A stretch of 64,000 bases of DNA from Moniliella sp. 'wahieum' (GCA_003971905.1 RSEE01000056.1:1-64000); one strand, 5' to 3'; positions 1 through 14,696 are shown, counted from the stretch's first letter. The notes: generated by a model not told the origin, from the sequence alone. A program made the numbers and translations.

Positions 1-1678
1 AAAGGAACGCGTGGCGCACGTTGAGTGCGCATTGGGCCGAGGCATAATCCAAATTGGACAACTCGGACAGTAAGCCAAAGCGGCTGAGGAAGTGGACGAG
101 GACGAAGACGAGGCAGGGGAAAGTGGTAAGTTGGCCATGCTCATGCCCACTGGCAAGGGGGACGCCGTTGCCGAGACAGCCCGCCCTGTCCGTTTCTCCG
201 CGCCAAGGGGGGGCGAACCCGAGGCGAAAGAGGGTAGCAGACATAGAGTTGCATAGCGGGGTGGTAAAGCGATACGACGAGGATGATGGCGTCGACGAGA
301 ACAATGGCAAAGTCAGCGCCTGCTGGACCACATAGACCAAAAACAATCGCCATTCGTCCATCATCACGCCCATCAAGCCTGCCACCGCACATGCGAGACC
401 AGTGAGGGCATAGATGCGCAACAGGTCCGGGTACAGAGTCGAAGTATCCTTGCGCACACCTGCAGTTCCTCCTCCGCCTCGGACCAGGGGAACGATCCGG
501 CAGAAAAGGGTACTTCATCTTGCATCGCAGCGGGAACGCTTTGCCACTGATCGGGAGAAAATGGTTCCGAGGGCGCGAGGTTAGCCAAACCAGGAGTACC
601 GCTCGTGCCCGTTTGCGCGTTGGAACCGGCAGCTTCGGAAGAGCGCCAAGACCAAAGTTTTTCCAAGGACCAAACGCCTGTCGAGGACGAGGAGGGAGGG
701 GCAACGGTGGAAAGGGGGGCAAACGAGGGGCTACCCGCGAGGGGGTGGCAGCAGAGGGCGGGAGAACGCCATTCAGCGTAGCCGAAGCTGAAGTAAAGGG
801 GGGTTGAGGTCCTGTGGGTACCAGACGGGATCCCGTGACATAAAGGGAGTTTGTTGCCGCGGTGCATGACCACGAGCCGCAAGGACAGGCAGGGCAGCAG
901 CGCGAATATCCAGTTTCCACGCTTGGGCAAACCGGTACAGAGCCCAATTCCACGCCAGCGAGGCCAGGCAGATGGTCACTACAATCCAATGGCGTTGGAG
1001 ACGGGACCAAGGGGTGTGGGTGCGCCCGATCCGTTTGAGGGAAGACCTACGGGACCGATGTCGGCGCGGGTGGCCACGAGTGGCCAAAGTCGTGTCGCCT
1101 GAGCTTCTGGGCATGGGGGAGGGGGTGGAATGTGGTATCAAGGCGGAGGCAAGCGAGACGGAACGCTGAGGAGTGCGCCGATCAGGAACGGTGTGAAGGC
1201 GATGATGGGAGCGCTTGGACGAATGCGCACGGGGGCGGCTGTGGGCACGGGAGGCAGGGCGCGATCGGTGCTGAGAGCCAGGTGTGGGCGGGGACGAGTC
1301 GGCCAAGGCAAAATCGTCCTCTGATGCACGGCGCGCGACGGGGTACACCAGGCGGGTGGAACGACGGGGAGGAAAGCGATGGGCACTGGTTGTGCTGGTG
1401 CCGCAGGGGGGCGGGAGCCAGGATCAGGCTCAGCCGCGTCCAAGGCGCCGTGGGGGCGGGATGTTGAGAGGGACAGCATGCGCTGGCGCTGCTCAGGGTC
1501 AACCAATGCGCCCGACCAGTCAAGAGAGACAGCGCGACGGGAGGCTGCCATGGAAGCGGACGTAGATGGGGGGGAAGCGCAGACGACTCGGCCGGCAGCA
1601 GTGTGGGCGGGACCAGGCGCGGGGCGAGAGAGGGGCCTTGTCGGGCGGGACGGCGGCGGGGCTGGGATGGATGGACAT
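1..1678 (-). CDS. Hypothetical protein with an S/P/R-rich N-terminus and probable transmembrane segments; frameshifted, 3' end uncertain
   Basis: Coding-like minus-strand segments can be stitched across frames: MSIHPSPAAVPPDK..., MAASRRAVSLDWSGALVDPEQRQRML..., VARRASEDDFALADSSPPTP..., and hydrophobic HWIVVTICLASLAWNWALYRF and FAIVLVDAIILVVSLY. No family recognised. Confidence 0.4.
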
Positions 1679-4600
1679 GCTCGGAGAAGCGTGAGGGCAG
1701 CTCACACCCGCCCATACACAGCTGCTGGCCCTGGATGGCGTGTGGGGAGGGGGGGAGGGGAGGTGGTGGTGGTGGAGGAGACGGCTTGGCAGGTGGAGGG
1801 GCAGGCAGGCGCACACGCTCCTCTGCGGCTGGGTGTGCGGTTGCTTTCCCGATCGAGCTAGGCGTGTAGGGGCACCGGTTGATTCCGGCGTGTGGGCGGC
1901 TTGGGGTTGGTTTCAGGGCGGGCAGGTGGGCGCTGGACAGGGCAGTGCGGCCCAGGAAAGGGACGACTGGGAGTGTACTCAGCACTCATTCATGCTCAGT
2001 GAGTACTCAGCGTACTCAGCGCAGCTGCAACTAGAGACGCTCGACTCAGCACAGATTAGGCGCTGGGTCCGCGTGCGGCTACGGTTACGCGTTACGCGTT
2101 CCGGCACTGAAGTACTGAACACTGACTGAACGTTGAACGGACTGACCAACGGGTGACGCGGGACAGCAACTCAAACGGGTGTGCCCAAGCCCAGCACCAT
2201 CCATCATCCATCATCCATCAGCGCCAGCTCGCTGCGCTCATGCGCTCATGATGGAACAGGCACCTGGCAAGTGTGAGCCACTCGGTCGCAGCACAGAGCC
2301 AACGCCCACCAGCGCCCAACACACACACCCTGCCGCTTGCATCTGTCCCGTCTGCTCGCACTCGACATGAATATGAATATTCCACTGCCCCTCCGCCCTC
2401 CGCTGCCTTCCTCGGCGGGCTGGGCAAGGGCATGCGCCTCATGCCAGAGGGCAGAGGCTGCGGTCACATGCCATGTCACCCACACGCCCAAGAGGAGCGC
2501 TGAGCGTGCTGACGCATGTCATCATCCTCATCATTCTATGCGCCCCGCGGCCAACGTGGCGGCGGCGTGGGAGAGGCGGATGTAATGATGTTTACGTCCG
2601 TGTTGCTAGCTCCGCCATCGATCATCGATCCTCGATCTGATCTCCCATCCATGCCGCGTGTCACCTGTCACATGCATCACAGGCCACACGCCACGCGTCA
2701 CGCGCCACGGGTCACATGCACACGAGCCCGCACAGCCCGCGCAGCGCGAGTTACAGCCTGGCACATGTTACAGCGACCAAGCCGCTTTGTACGCCTCAGG
2801 CCCTGAGCAGGGCCTGAGGTTACGACCGACTGACCCAGTTACATTAATGAGGAAAGCTTAGCGCAGAAAGCTAGTCGTACTGACCAACTGGCCGCGCCAG
2901 CACCGGCCAACACTATACACGTACTACCTTCAGGAAAGTAAAACCCTCACTAACACTAGTCCCGCCAGCTTCAGCCGCTCGTCACTAGCTACTAAAAGTC
3001 ACTGCTTCGCTACATGTACCCCACCTCGATTGCTTCGTTCGTCCGGCGCGGCACGTGGACGAGCGTGGGGTGGGTGGGGTGGGGTGGGGTGGGCCTGCGT
3101 TCGGTTCTTGGATCTTACGTGTTACAGCACCCCCCTTCCCCACAGCGCAACGTTGAAATTCAACTTGAACGTTCAACGCTCACTGTGAGCCCTTTTGCGG
3201 CGCGTTTTCATTCGCCCACTGTTCCTGCTCCAAGCTCCACGCCGAGCCCGTCCAACCCATACTGCCCACACCACCTCATCAAAAGTTCTTTGAGTCTTCC
3301 TCTTTGGCCTTATAGCCGCAGACAGTCGTCTGAGGTCGGAAGAGAAGGCTCCCCCTTTGGCTGGCACATCCCTATGCCCACTCTGCCATGCGTCATGTCA
3401 TGCTTTCCCCGCAATTGAAAGACTGCACGTATAACGGGTACCGCGGTTACGGGTATTCTCCCCAACTTGTCCTCCCCCAGGCCTCCCGACAACGGCCTCG
3501 CATGTCTCGATGTCATGGCTGCACGGCCAATGGAGCCCTGGGATGCCTGGACCATGCCCGCCCGTGCCAACGTGTGCGATAGGAACTGTATGCGATCGGA
3601 CTGCCTGGGGCCACGGAGAGGGGGGAGAAGACGAGCCCCCCAAACTGAGCCAGAGTCTCTTTCGCTTTGGTTCTCGCTATTGCCTGGTCCGGTTCCGTCC
3701 GAATGCATCCGATTCCGTCCATCTAGCTATGCAATACAGTGACGATTGCGTTTGACGGATGGATAGCCTTGCGAGCGCCACTCAATCTGAGTACTTATGC
3801 ATTCATGCCCAAGCGGCAGCTCCAAGACGTACTGTATGCCCCAGGCTGGAAAAGAGAGGTATGGAAGGGTTGGATTGGCCGCGCGTGTTCGGACTTACCA
3901 AACCGATAGGACATCCCTTCGTCATGCCCACCAGCGCAAAGACCCGTGGGATCAAATGCAAAAAAGGTGTGGATCCACCAGTCGCAGCTTCATTTCCTTT
4001 AGCGCCCACCTCTCCCCGCTATATAGTAGTTGACTGCGCTACTATAGGGAGGTAAGGAACATCGGGGCCGCTGGGAGTGAATTGGCCGAACCCCGATGGT
4101 GGTAAAAAGTGCTGGGGAGACACGGAGGTGATGGGTTCTTGCTCTGAATTAAGCACTGGCTGCGCGCGATAGAAGCAAAGTCATTTGTAGTTCCTGTCAT
4201 ATCAACGTAGGGAGTGATAGCCTTCCCTAGTCCCTTCCCTGTTACCACATTTTCTCGGGCAGGTGGTGCCCAGCTTCCTCACCACCTCAGGGCTGTTCCG
4301 TGTCCTTTCCTTCTGACCTCCTTCCTCATTCTCGAGCACTGCGACCGACCCGCAGCCACCGCTTCTGCAGACTACTTGTCAAAGAGTGTCCTTCCCTCTC
4401 GCGCCTCAGTGAGGCCTCAGTACTCAGTACCCACATCATTTGAATGTAATACTCTAGTTCACCCAGCTGGGGAACAGATACACCCCCGCAGGCACCGCAG
4501 CATTGTGGGCCTATCGCCTCTCTGGCTGTCTCTGCCAATGTATCCAACGCTGCACCAAGGCGGTCTATCCTTACCACCCATCGAATGCTACGTGGCGCGT

Positions 4601-4872
4601 GGGCCATCTTGTCTTGACGCAGCACTGGTGCCGTTCTCTGGCACCAAGCAAAAGGAGTTCTACGTCGTGGTATCATTTACCAACCATGCACAGGAATTTG
4701 AATGAATTCGATTGTTGCTCCTCGAGCTGCGGGATGGAGAGGAGGAAGCATCACAGGTTCAAAGCATCCTCCAGTCCATCTTCAAACTCCCAGAGAGAGG
4801 GGAGGAATGGGGTGCATGAGAATAACGCACATGAATCCCAATCCCAACACCAATACCGACACCAACATTGTC

Positions 4873-6164
<1,292 letters not shown>

Positions 6165-6233
6165 GATGGCAGCGGATTGGAGGTTATTGGGGGAGTTGGG
6201 ACGGGGGGAGGAGGGGGTGGTGGTGGTGGTGGA

Positions 6234-7135
6234 TCAACGTTGAACGTTGAACGTTCAGTGAACGTCAAGCAATTATCGGTACCCCAGCAAAGCGGGAGCA
6301 GGCGCTATCGAGGCCGCGTTGCGATGTAGATGCGCACACTAGGCGCTGTCCCATCGCCTCCCATCGCGCACGGCCCAGTTGGATGATCGATGATCTCGAT
6401 GATCGACGATCGCCGCCGCCCAACACTGGGCCACTGTAGAAGAGGGCGGAATGCAAGAGGTCACTTCCGCCGCTCGCATTCCGCCCGTGTCAAATGGCGA
6501 TTGCGGATGGTGGGCTGGGCAGCGGCCGCATATCTGCTAGCGACTGCGTAATAAGATCTAAGACCCTGACGCGTGATGCGGCGCCATCGACCGTCGGCTA
6601 TCGGCCATCGGCCCTGCGGCCAGGCGATGATCGATGGCGATCTAATCGGTTGCTGATCTGAACAACTTGGACGGCCCATTCTGGCGACGTAATGCAGCTG
6701 GCGATCCTACGGATCAGCTGCAAGGCAGCCTTCAAGCTTCAGGCCAGGAGTGACTAGTGAAGCTTGAAGCTAGCTTGAAGGCAAAGGGGAGCCACAAGTC
6801 TTCAAACAGCGTCGGAAGGGAAGGAGACAGGAGAGAGAAGAGGGAGATGGAGTGAGCAGGGGGTGCACAGCCGACGGCCGAAGGGCCATGCAGGGGAACC
6901 CTAGCACTACCCTCCAGCACATAATGCAATGGTCACCGGTCACCGGTCACGGTCACCCTCTCAGCCTGCTGAGCCTGGGCGCGTGTCCAATGAACGACAT
7001 CGATTGATCAATGGTGGTACAACGAAACAAGACAGCGTTTTGCAGCCTGGAGCTGGAATATTGTTGAGCGTCTGGGCAAGCCAGACCAGGGTCAAGCTTC
7101 AAGCTTTAAAAGCTTCAAAAGCTTCAAGCTTCAAG
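6234..7135. repeat. Cluster of (TSA + 4-bp palindrome) heptamer arrays in the PEP4 / methyltransferase divergent intergenic region
   Basis: TCAACGT TGAACGT TGAACGT TCA (6234); TGATCGA TGA (6384); TCAAGCT TCAGGCC and TGACTAG TGAAGCT TGAAGCT (6732-6771); TCACCGG TCACCGG TCA (6933); TCAAGCT TCAAGCT (7092). Confidence 0.9.
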
Positions 7136-7864
7136 GCCGAGTGAGTGGCAAGCCAAAGTGCCAAGCAGCAAGAGCTAAGTGGAAGCTGGCGGTGCACGCA
7201 GCGTGGGACAGAATACATTTTAGGTTGTGGACCTACGGCCTTCCTCGGAACTTGGGTGGTGGGCGAGGGCAGAGTGTCTGGAGGCGGCGTGGGCTCTGTG
7301 GCAGGCTGTGGCTGTGGCTCGGCTGCTGGACCTGCGGTGCCTGCTGCCCCACCTGGCCTGCGCTAGTGACCAGCGTGAGCAGTGTGCTTGCGAAGCTAGT
7401 GACTATGACTCGTGACTCGCGTGACGCGTGACTGGACGAGTGACAGTGGCTACTAAGTACTAAGAGGAGATGGTGGGGGCACTGCAGGAGGGAAGCGATG
7501 AATCAGGGGTGACCGGTGACTCCACCGGCGACCGGTGACATCACATGACCCGCCATGCCCGGCCGCAAGCCTCGGGCCTGAGCCTGAGTTACTGCGTTAC
7601 TCAGTACTCCGTGTACTCACTCGGATGATTGGAAGCTCTGAGCGGCTGAGCGCTTGAGCGCAGGGACGACAGACCCTTCCGCACCAGTCTCCGTGCAAGC
7701 CAGCTGTGGCGCTCCTTTGGCTCACACTTGGCCAGCACATCGTCCCACTTCCACTTCCACTTCCACTCTCCCTCTCTCCCTCTCACTCCCTCTCCCTCTC
7801 CCTCTCCACCCCCACCCCCACCCCCACCCCCACCCCCACTCCGGACGATGCGACGGTGGTGAGC

Positions 7865-10166
7865 ATGAGCGGCCAGCGCGTCTCCCCCCCGTCGAGCCGC
7901 CCCGCGGCCCTCCGCACCCGCGCCCACACCAGATCCAGCTGCCCCCTCCGCCCCCCTCCGCCTTGGCTGTGTCTGCGCCCGCCTCCGCGGGCCAGCCACC
8001 GCCCCATCCTCTCCCACCCGCTCCTGCCGCCTTCCACCTCCGTCTCCCCCGCTGGCTCCCCGCCCCATACCCCACCCGCAGCGTTCCCCTCCACACACGC
8101 ATCAGTATCTTCCGCCGCCGCCCAGCGCGCTCCTACCCAATCGTCCCCACGAGTCCGAGGTAGACTACTTTTCCCTTCCACAGTTGAGTCCTACCGTCTC
8201 CACGGGCTCCAGCTCGGGCTCGGCCGCCCCATTCGACGCAGGCCCAAGCGGACTTGCGCTTTGTCCGGCCCCTCACCCTCAATTCCAACCAGCTCGGCCA
8301 ATTGGCCCAACGAGCGGCCTCGCGCAACCTCAGCCTCTCCACTTCGCTCTCCCCTTCCCATCTCCCTGCTTCCCCCACATCACTCTGGCCCACCGCCCGG
8401 GCCGGACAGCCACGCACCTGGCCTCAGTCCCTGTCGCCAGAAATGGACCGCTCGCGGCCCTCGTCCGCTCGCTCCTTGACCGCAAGGACGCCTAGTCGGA
8501 GTACCCTCTCGTCCACGTCGGTCCCAGGACCATCCACAACCGGTGGGCCCCGGGGGACATTCTTCGGTTAATAATCCTTCTTTCCCCCCTGCCGATACGG
8601 CGTCCCAGTCGTCCAAGCCACCACATAGCCCCTCCGATGCCCGAGACTCCAATTACATCTCGGTCTCTTCCCCCGCCGCCTCACTCGGATCCAGAGTTCG
8701 TCTCGGCGAGTATACCGAGACTGGCACCAACCTTTCCACCTCTCCCGCCGGGGTGGCGCGAGATGGTGCTCTGACCTCTGCTGGAGAAGCGGCGGATACC
8801 CTCGGTGCCCCGCCCGCGTTCTTTCAAGATGCCCCAGGTCTGCATGGGCTCGGCGGCGGGACCCAATTTGGTGCAGCTGTACGCAAAAAAGTGGGCCGAC
8901 ACACTCGATTTGTTGATTCAGGAGGTGCCCTGCCACCACGCGATCCAAGGCAGATCGTACAGGTGGCTGAGTATGGTGCGGTCAATGGAAGGGGCTATCC
9001 TTTGATTCAAGTCATCATCACCCGCCTGGCGGAAGCGATGGTAGAGCGCACACGCACTTCTTCCTCGTCCCCTGGTCGCCCACACGTTCCTGATGGTGAT
9101 GGTGCCACCGAGTTTTGGGTGATGCACTGCGATGCTCCCGGAACCGACTTTCGCGGATTGATGGCCGCGCTGGAAACCGATCCCGACTCTTATTTAGCCC
9201 CTGGGGGGCTGCGCGAACTCGTGGAGTCTCTTCTGATGGTGTTTACCACTCCTTTACGACCGGCCATTTGGAGCATGTGTAGCTCCCAGGTCAAGTATCG
9301 ACTTTGGTGATCCATCATGGACCTCCATTGGGGGCACAACCTCCATGGTCCGCCCCCGCCTCGGACCGAGCCAACACTGCCATTGCTGATACAGAGCTCA
9401 CCCAGTTCCTTCGGGCCCGGGCGACCGAGTTGAGGCCTGGGGCTCATTTGGTGGTCGCCTACATTGCCCGGGGCGAAACTCGTTCGCGTCCAACGTCCGT
9501 CTCCAGGCGGCGCCATACCGACACTCCAGGTCCGGACCACCTTGATCGCTCAGGATCAACGTCGGATGTATGGGCCGTCCTGGGCGAACTGCTGGGCCCG
9601 AGCATTCAACGGCTCGTGTCGTGCGGTATGCTCCAAGCTGACGTGGCACGCTATATGCTCACCCTTCCGCTGTATCCCCGCACCACAGCTCAGTCGGTTG
9701 CCACGCTGCGGGCTCAGAAGGACTTGTGGAAGGTTGATTGGGCTTGTGGGCTGGGCGACTACCCCAATGAGTCGGTTCCCTGCTCCAACTCCACCGATAC
9801 CCCTGCCCCAGAGTCCTCTGTACCCTCGTGCGATCCCTCGGCATGCGACTCGGCCTCGTTCGTCCAACCGCCTCGCCCCGTAAGCGATCCAGAACCGTTG
9901 CGCCTGCCCCACCCAGCCTGGGTCTCCTATAACGCGGGTGCACTATCGCGGGTGGCGTATTCGGAGCATGTCATTGCCCTGATCAAAAACCTTTACGAGG
10001 CGCATTGGCGCAAACTGCTAGTCGCGTGGACGACCTGAGCAAGGGCGCAGTGGCCTTCACCCTCGATTCGATTTATGATGTTCTGCAAACCCGCCTCGAC
10101 TCGCCCGATGTACCGCTGCACCGAATCGAGTTTGAGATCTGCATCTACCTCCTCCGACGCAGGTGA
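7865..10166 (+). CDS. SABATH / Methyltransf_7-like SAM-dependent methyltransferase-fold protein with a long S/P-rich N-terminus (frameshifted; start uncertain)
   Basis: ORFs 8543-9310 and 9304-10038 carry IVQVAEYGAVNGRG (degenerate motif I), FWVMHCDAPGTDFRGL (equivalent of the nDlPxNDF motif) and LTQFLRARATELRPGAHLVV (FLxxRAxELxPGG motif). The C-terminus reads IEFEICIYLLRRR* and ends at 10166. Confidence 0.65.
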
Positions 10167-13100
10167 GGGCGGCGCCGATCTAGCATCCCTGGGCTGATCT
10201 ACCTTTCTTTTCGGCTGGTGCTGGCCGCTCGCCTCTGCCTGCGTACACTTGACCCTTCACGCCTCCATTCCTTTTTTTTACTACGATTCTGCCTTTGTGG
10301 GCTTGGCCTCGTCGTGATCTCTTACTGGGGAGACTGCACTTTGTCACCGATTCTTCCGGTTTTGATTTCCCCTCGTCATGACTTTTCGCAGCGCATATGT
10401 GTTTCCTTGCGCCCAATCACTTTCCGCTCACTTGCCCGCTCTTTTTTCCCTGCTTCCCCCTCTCTACTCTCTGGTTACTAGGTTACTCTCCACCCTTTTT
10501 CTCCTCCCTTCCATCGCCATTCAGCGCGACGCTGTCCTCTTGTCCTCTTTTGGCTCTCTGTTCTTGGTCACACTCTCTTGCCGATATGGGCTTCTCGCTT
10601 CGACTTCTTCTCAGCTTGCTGTCTCTGGTACCTGTTGGTCATTGTTATGGATGTCTTGCTACTGCCAGCAGGGATCGATTGGCACAGCACATAATGCACC
10701 GGCGACGGCGAAGCGCAACTGATATGCGGTTGTAGGGATTTCGCCCTGACACCCCCCCCCCCCCACCTCTACCCTCTGGGGCTGGCCGTCAATGGCATGA
10801 TGGCAGGGGGTCTCGCGGGTCAAGGATGCAGATGGGAAAGGTGACGAGATATTCCTGCATTGAGAAGTGATGGGTTTGGCATCGCCTTTCCGGGCGAGTG
10901 CAAGCCGTAGGAGCAGCCTCAAGAAAGTGCAACACGCCGGTGGTGGTACTGAGTGCTAGACTGCAGCTGGAGGAAACGCTATGGGCAGCACGAGAGATGA
11001 GCTTCAAGACGTGCAAGAAGGCAGGGCGGTCAGCCACAAGTCCTTCAAGCAAGATGAAGGGAAGAAGACAAGAGCCAAGCAAGCAAGTCGGAACAGACAA
11101 AGGGGTGGCGCAGACCACGCAAGGGGCGAATCACCCGAACCAGCGAGCATCACCGATCCATTGGAGAGAGTGCAGGTGAACCCTAGCACTACCTCTAGCC
11201 TGAGTAGATGGATGCGATGGGATGGTCGAGCGTCAAGCAGATTTGAGGCAACACAGCAATAAGATAGTGTCGAATTGGGGAAACCAGCATTTTCACAATT
11301 GCACGCATCCGATTTGATCGATTCGAAGCAAGGGAAAATATGCTCTACTTGGCTGCTCCTGCTGTTCCCTCGGCCACCTGGCCGGCCGCGCTGTTGACAC
11401 CATCAGCCAACCATCAGACCAAGCTAGTCCGGTGCGGCTGCATCGCTTTTGCCATGCCACTCCCCCGCCTCTTCGTTTGCCGCCCCCCCTTCTCCTTCTC
11501 TCCCGCCCCGCCACCACATCTCACCCGCCTCCTGCGATCTTCCCGACGCTAAGCTGCCACTGGCAACTTCAACTTCTCCCACCCTTGCCGAAGAGCAAGC
11601 ATGTTTAGGTCATGGCGATGACGACCTTGCTCGGGTCGAGGAACGCGAGCATCACGTCATCTCCATTTGCACGCTCGGGATCCCACCCCACCCTTCTCCC
11701 CAACGTCAGCGTCGTGCCGTGGGCAGGCCCCGTCTTCATGGTATCATCAAACTCCCACCGGCTCGTCCGCGGGCATGTCAGAGACGATACTCGATCGGGT
11801 GCAAGCCCTCCGCCTAGCACCTGAAAGTCCGGGCTACCCGTTATCTGATATGACCGAACCCGGCTCTACGATTTGGCTGGATTGGTGCGCGGATGCCGCC
11901 CGCAGGGAACGATGGCAGCACTCGTATGTTTCGACCCGCTTCCCCCTCAGTAGCGACCCAGACGCCTCTAGCTCATGAGGCAGCCCCTGTGCTTGCGAAC
12001 CGGATCCCTCGGTTGGGCTCGAATGGTGCAATTGCCAGCATGAGAGCAACCGAGGATGCATCTCTCCGCTAACGCCTCACTCTGTTGAGCATGGACGGTG
12101 GAACTCCTCTGCCAAACAAAGATCGATGTGCTCTGGCAGGATGCAACACTACCATGTCTGTATCGGGATGGGGATCGATGGTCAAACCATGCGGCCTTTC
12201 GTTTCGGAAACCAGCGTTGGTGGAAGGGAGCCACCGCCATACCAAAATGCTGATGGGGTTTTTCTCGGGCCAGTAACTGCTTTCGTCCAGTAAAGCTGTG
12301 GCAAGGACCTTGCCCTGTGTTGAACCGGCGATGAAGGGTGTGGGTCGCCTGTTAGATCCGACCCCATTTCCTTCTCTTCGGCCCTTCTCTGTCGATCCGA
12401 AACGCACCCCTCCTGGGCCAAGTCATCCCCCCATCAAGGCATAACCGCCTATCTCACCACACGTACCACTTGTAAACCCGGATGGTTTTTATATGATTTC
12501 CTTTTCAACCGCGAAATGTCTTAACCCGGTCTTCTACCCCACGACATAATCGCTCTCGAGACAACAGAACACATGACCTCATCCTTTGGACGCATGGGTG
12601 CATCCAGCCCATGCTTTGGCCCCTGACACGAGGCCATGCGCAATGTACGATAAGATCGGCTGGCGGCTATGGGGAGCAAGATCGGGAAACACCTGATGGT
12701 TCGGATAAGTTGGAGCCTGGTCCACGACCAAGTACCTCATCTGTCCATGCTTGGTGCCGGAACATTTGGACAGGTGGTGTCTGCGGGTCAGCTGGGGAAC
12801 AAACGCGCATCCTGCCCTCCTCCTCCCCTGCTATGGACCCGTGCTGAGCCCACAAGAGGCGGTTGCTTGCGCAACAGTCTGCCTCCTACTCCCTCACTTG
12901 CGCAAGTACCACTCGGTCGAAGTTCTTCGTACTGCCTGGCCAACTGGCTCCGAGAGTTCGCTTGCCACCTCAGAAGCACAAGCACAAGCACAAGCTCAAC
13001 CTGCCGCCCTGCCATCGGGGAAACATACAGAGGAACAGGAAAACTTACAGTGCAACCTAGGCCAATTGGGTCGCGCCAACACCGCCCACACCACCTTCGC

Positions 13101-14608
13101 TCGTCCTTTCCTCGCCCAACTCGACGACCCACGACCTTGGTACTCGAGGCGCCGAATTCGAACCAACAGTATCTCCCGATCCCGAGCGACGCACCTCGTT
13201 CTTTCTGCATTTGGGACTGGGACTGGGCAATCTCACCCCACCCCACCCTGGCCCGGCCCGGACCGCGCCCGCTCCTCTTCTTCCTCCGCCGCCCTTCCTC
13301 TCCCGCGGACAGGCGCGCCGATCCCGATCCCCTTCCCCTTCCCCTACTCCTCCCAGGGCAAAGAAGGAGAACCCTTTGGTCCCCTCGTCCCTGGCTCGCG
13401 CTCTCGCTCAGCTCGAGCACGTCCGCTGCCCGTTCCTGCCGTGCCACCGCACCAGCCCAAGGGGGAGAGCAACCGATACTGCCTCCGCTCGCTCCGTCTG
13501 CACGGTACGGGCACGGGCACGGGCACGACGGAAAAGGGCACGACGGCAACGAGGACGACGGTCCCCGCCTCGAGCGCCAAACACAGCTACACTGATCCCG
13601 TCCGCTGTGCTGTCTCTGCCCAGCCCATCCGTATCCCCGTGCTGTCGCCGTGCGCAACCAAGTCCCCGCGCTAGCCTGCCATGTCCATGTCAAACCCATC
13701 TGGATGGTGCCCCGCGTCGCTGCGTTGATGCCCTTGGTCTTGTTCTTGGCTCTTGGCTCTTGGCTTTGGCTCTTGGGCCTTGATCTGCTCTTGCCCTCAT
13801 GGACTGATGAGAACCATCTGCTTTCTTTGTTACCTCTTGCACTTGGACCACAAGTGAGCAAGGGGTGCAGTATGTATATTTCGCCTGCGCTCGTGCTGGG
13901 CGTGCGCTTTGCCCGGACCGGCTACATGCCCACCGGACCCGTCTTGGTGCCTCCCCCCCCGCCCCCTCTCACTCCGCCCCGATGATACCTCATTTCACGG
14001 TTCACGGTTCACCCCTCTCCCATTCGTCTTGATCGTTGATCCTTCGTATGTGTTTCCTCTGTTCATGTCTTTTTTCCTCTTCCCATGTCGATCCGGCTTG
14101 CCCTACCCCCCCTTCCATTACCTCCATTACTTCCATTCTCTGCCTCTTTTCCTCGATGCGGCATAGGCCAAAGGAAAAGGAAACAGGAAAAGGCAACGCA
14201 ATGCCAGGGCGAAGGTCGGCATGTATATAGTCTCCACCATTATACATCCACCAGGTCCGCATTCGTGCACTCAGGCGGGCGGCAAGCCCCCCCCCCGCCC
14301 TAATAGCTTCGATTGTGGTGAGCCCAGAACGACAGATGAGACTACCCGTGCGACCTGGGGAGGAACCAAACCCACCCGCTGGAACTACCGCATGGTCCAC
14401 CGCCACCCCTCGCTCTATCCTGGTTGGAGGAGGCGAGATAGTCGTCTTGTACATTCGCTACGGATCCTCCGTGCAAGCCAGGGGGAAATACGGCGGCGAG
14501 CAAAGGCGTCTCCGCCTGGGGCCGGAAGGGGGGATAAGGTCCGAGGAAGGAAGAGAGCGAGAGCACAAGACGTGCCGGTCCCTTCGCGTGGAACCGAGCG
14601 CAAAAAAA

Positions 14609-14696
14609 CGAATCCTGCCGGGGTCGAACCGACGACCATTACCATGACTTCCTGGCGTAGCCGGAAAGTAACACTCTACCACTGAGCTAAGGATCG
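14609..14696 (-). tRNA. tRNA-Arg(CCG) with an intron of about 16 nt
   Basis: Minus strand: GATCCT TA GCTC AGTGGTA GAGT G TTACT TT CCG G [CTACGCCAGGAAGTCA] T GGTAA TGGTC GTCGG TTCGACC CCGGC AGGATTC G, followed by a T7 Pol III terminator. D arm, T arm and anticodon stem all pair; the first acceptor pair is imperfect. Confidence 0.85.

Noticed and set aside
14609..14696. The local tRNA-Arg(CCG) as primer for the retrotransposon, by analogy with Tca2
   Set aside because: Neither its anticodon arm nor its 3' end is complementary to GAGTTACATCC.
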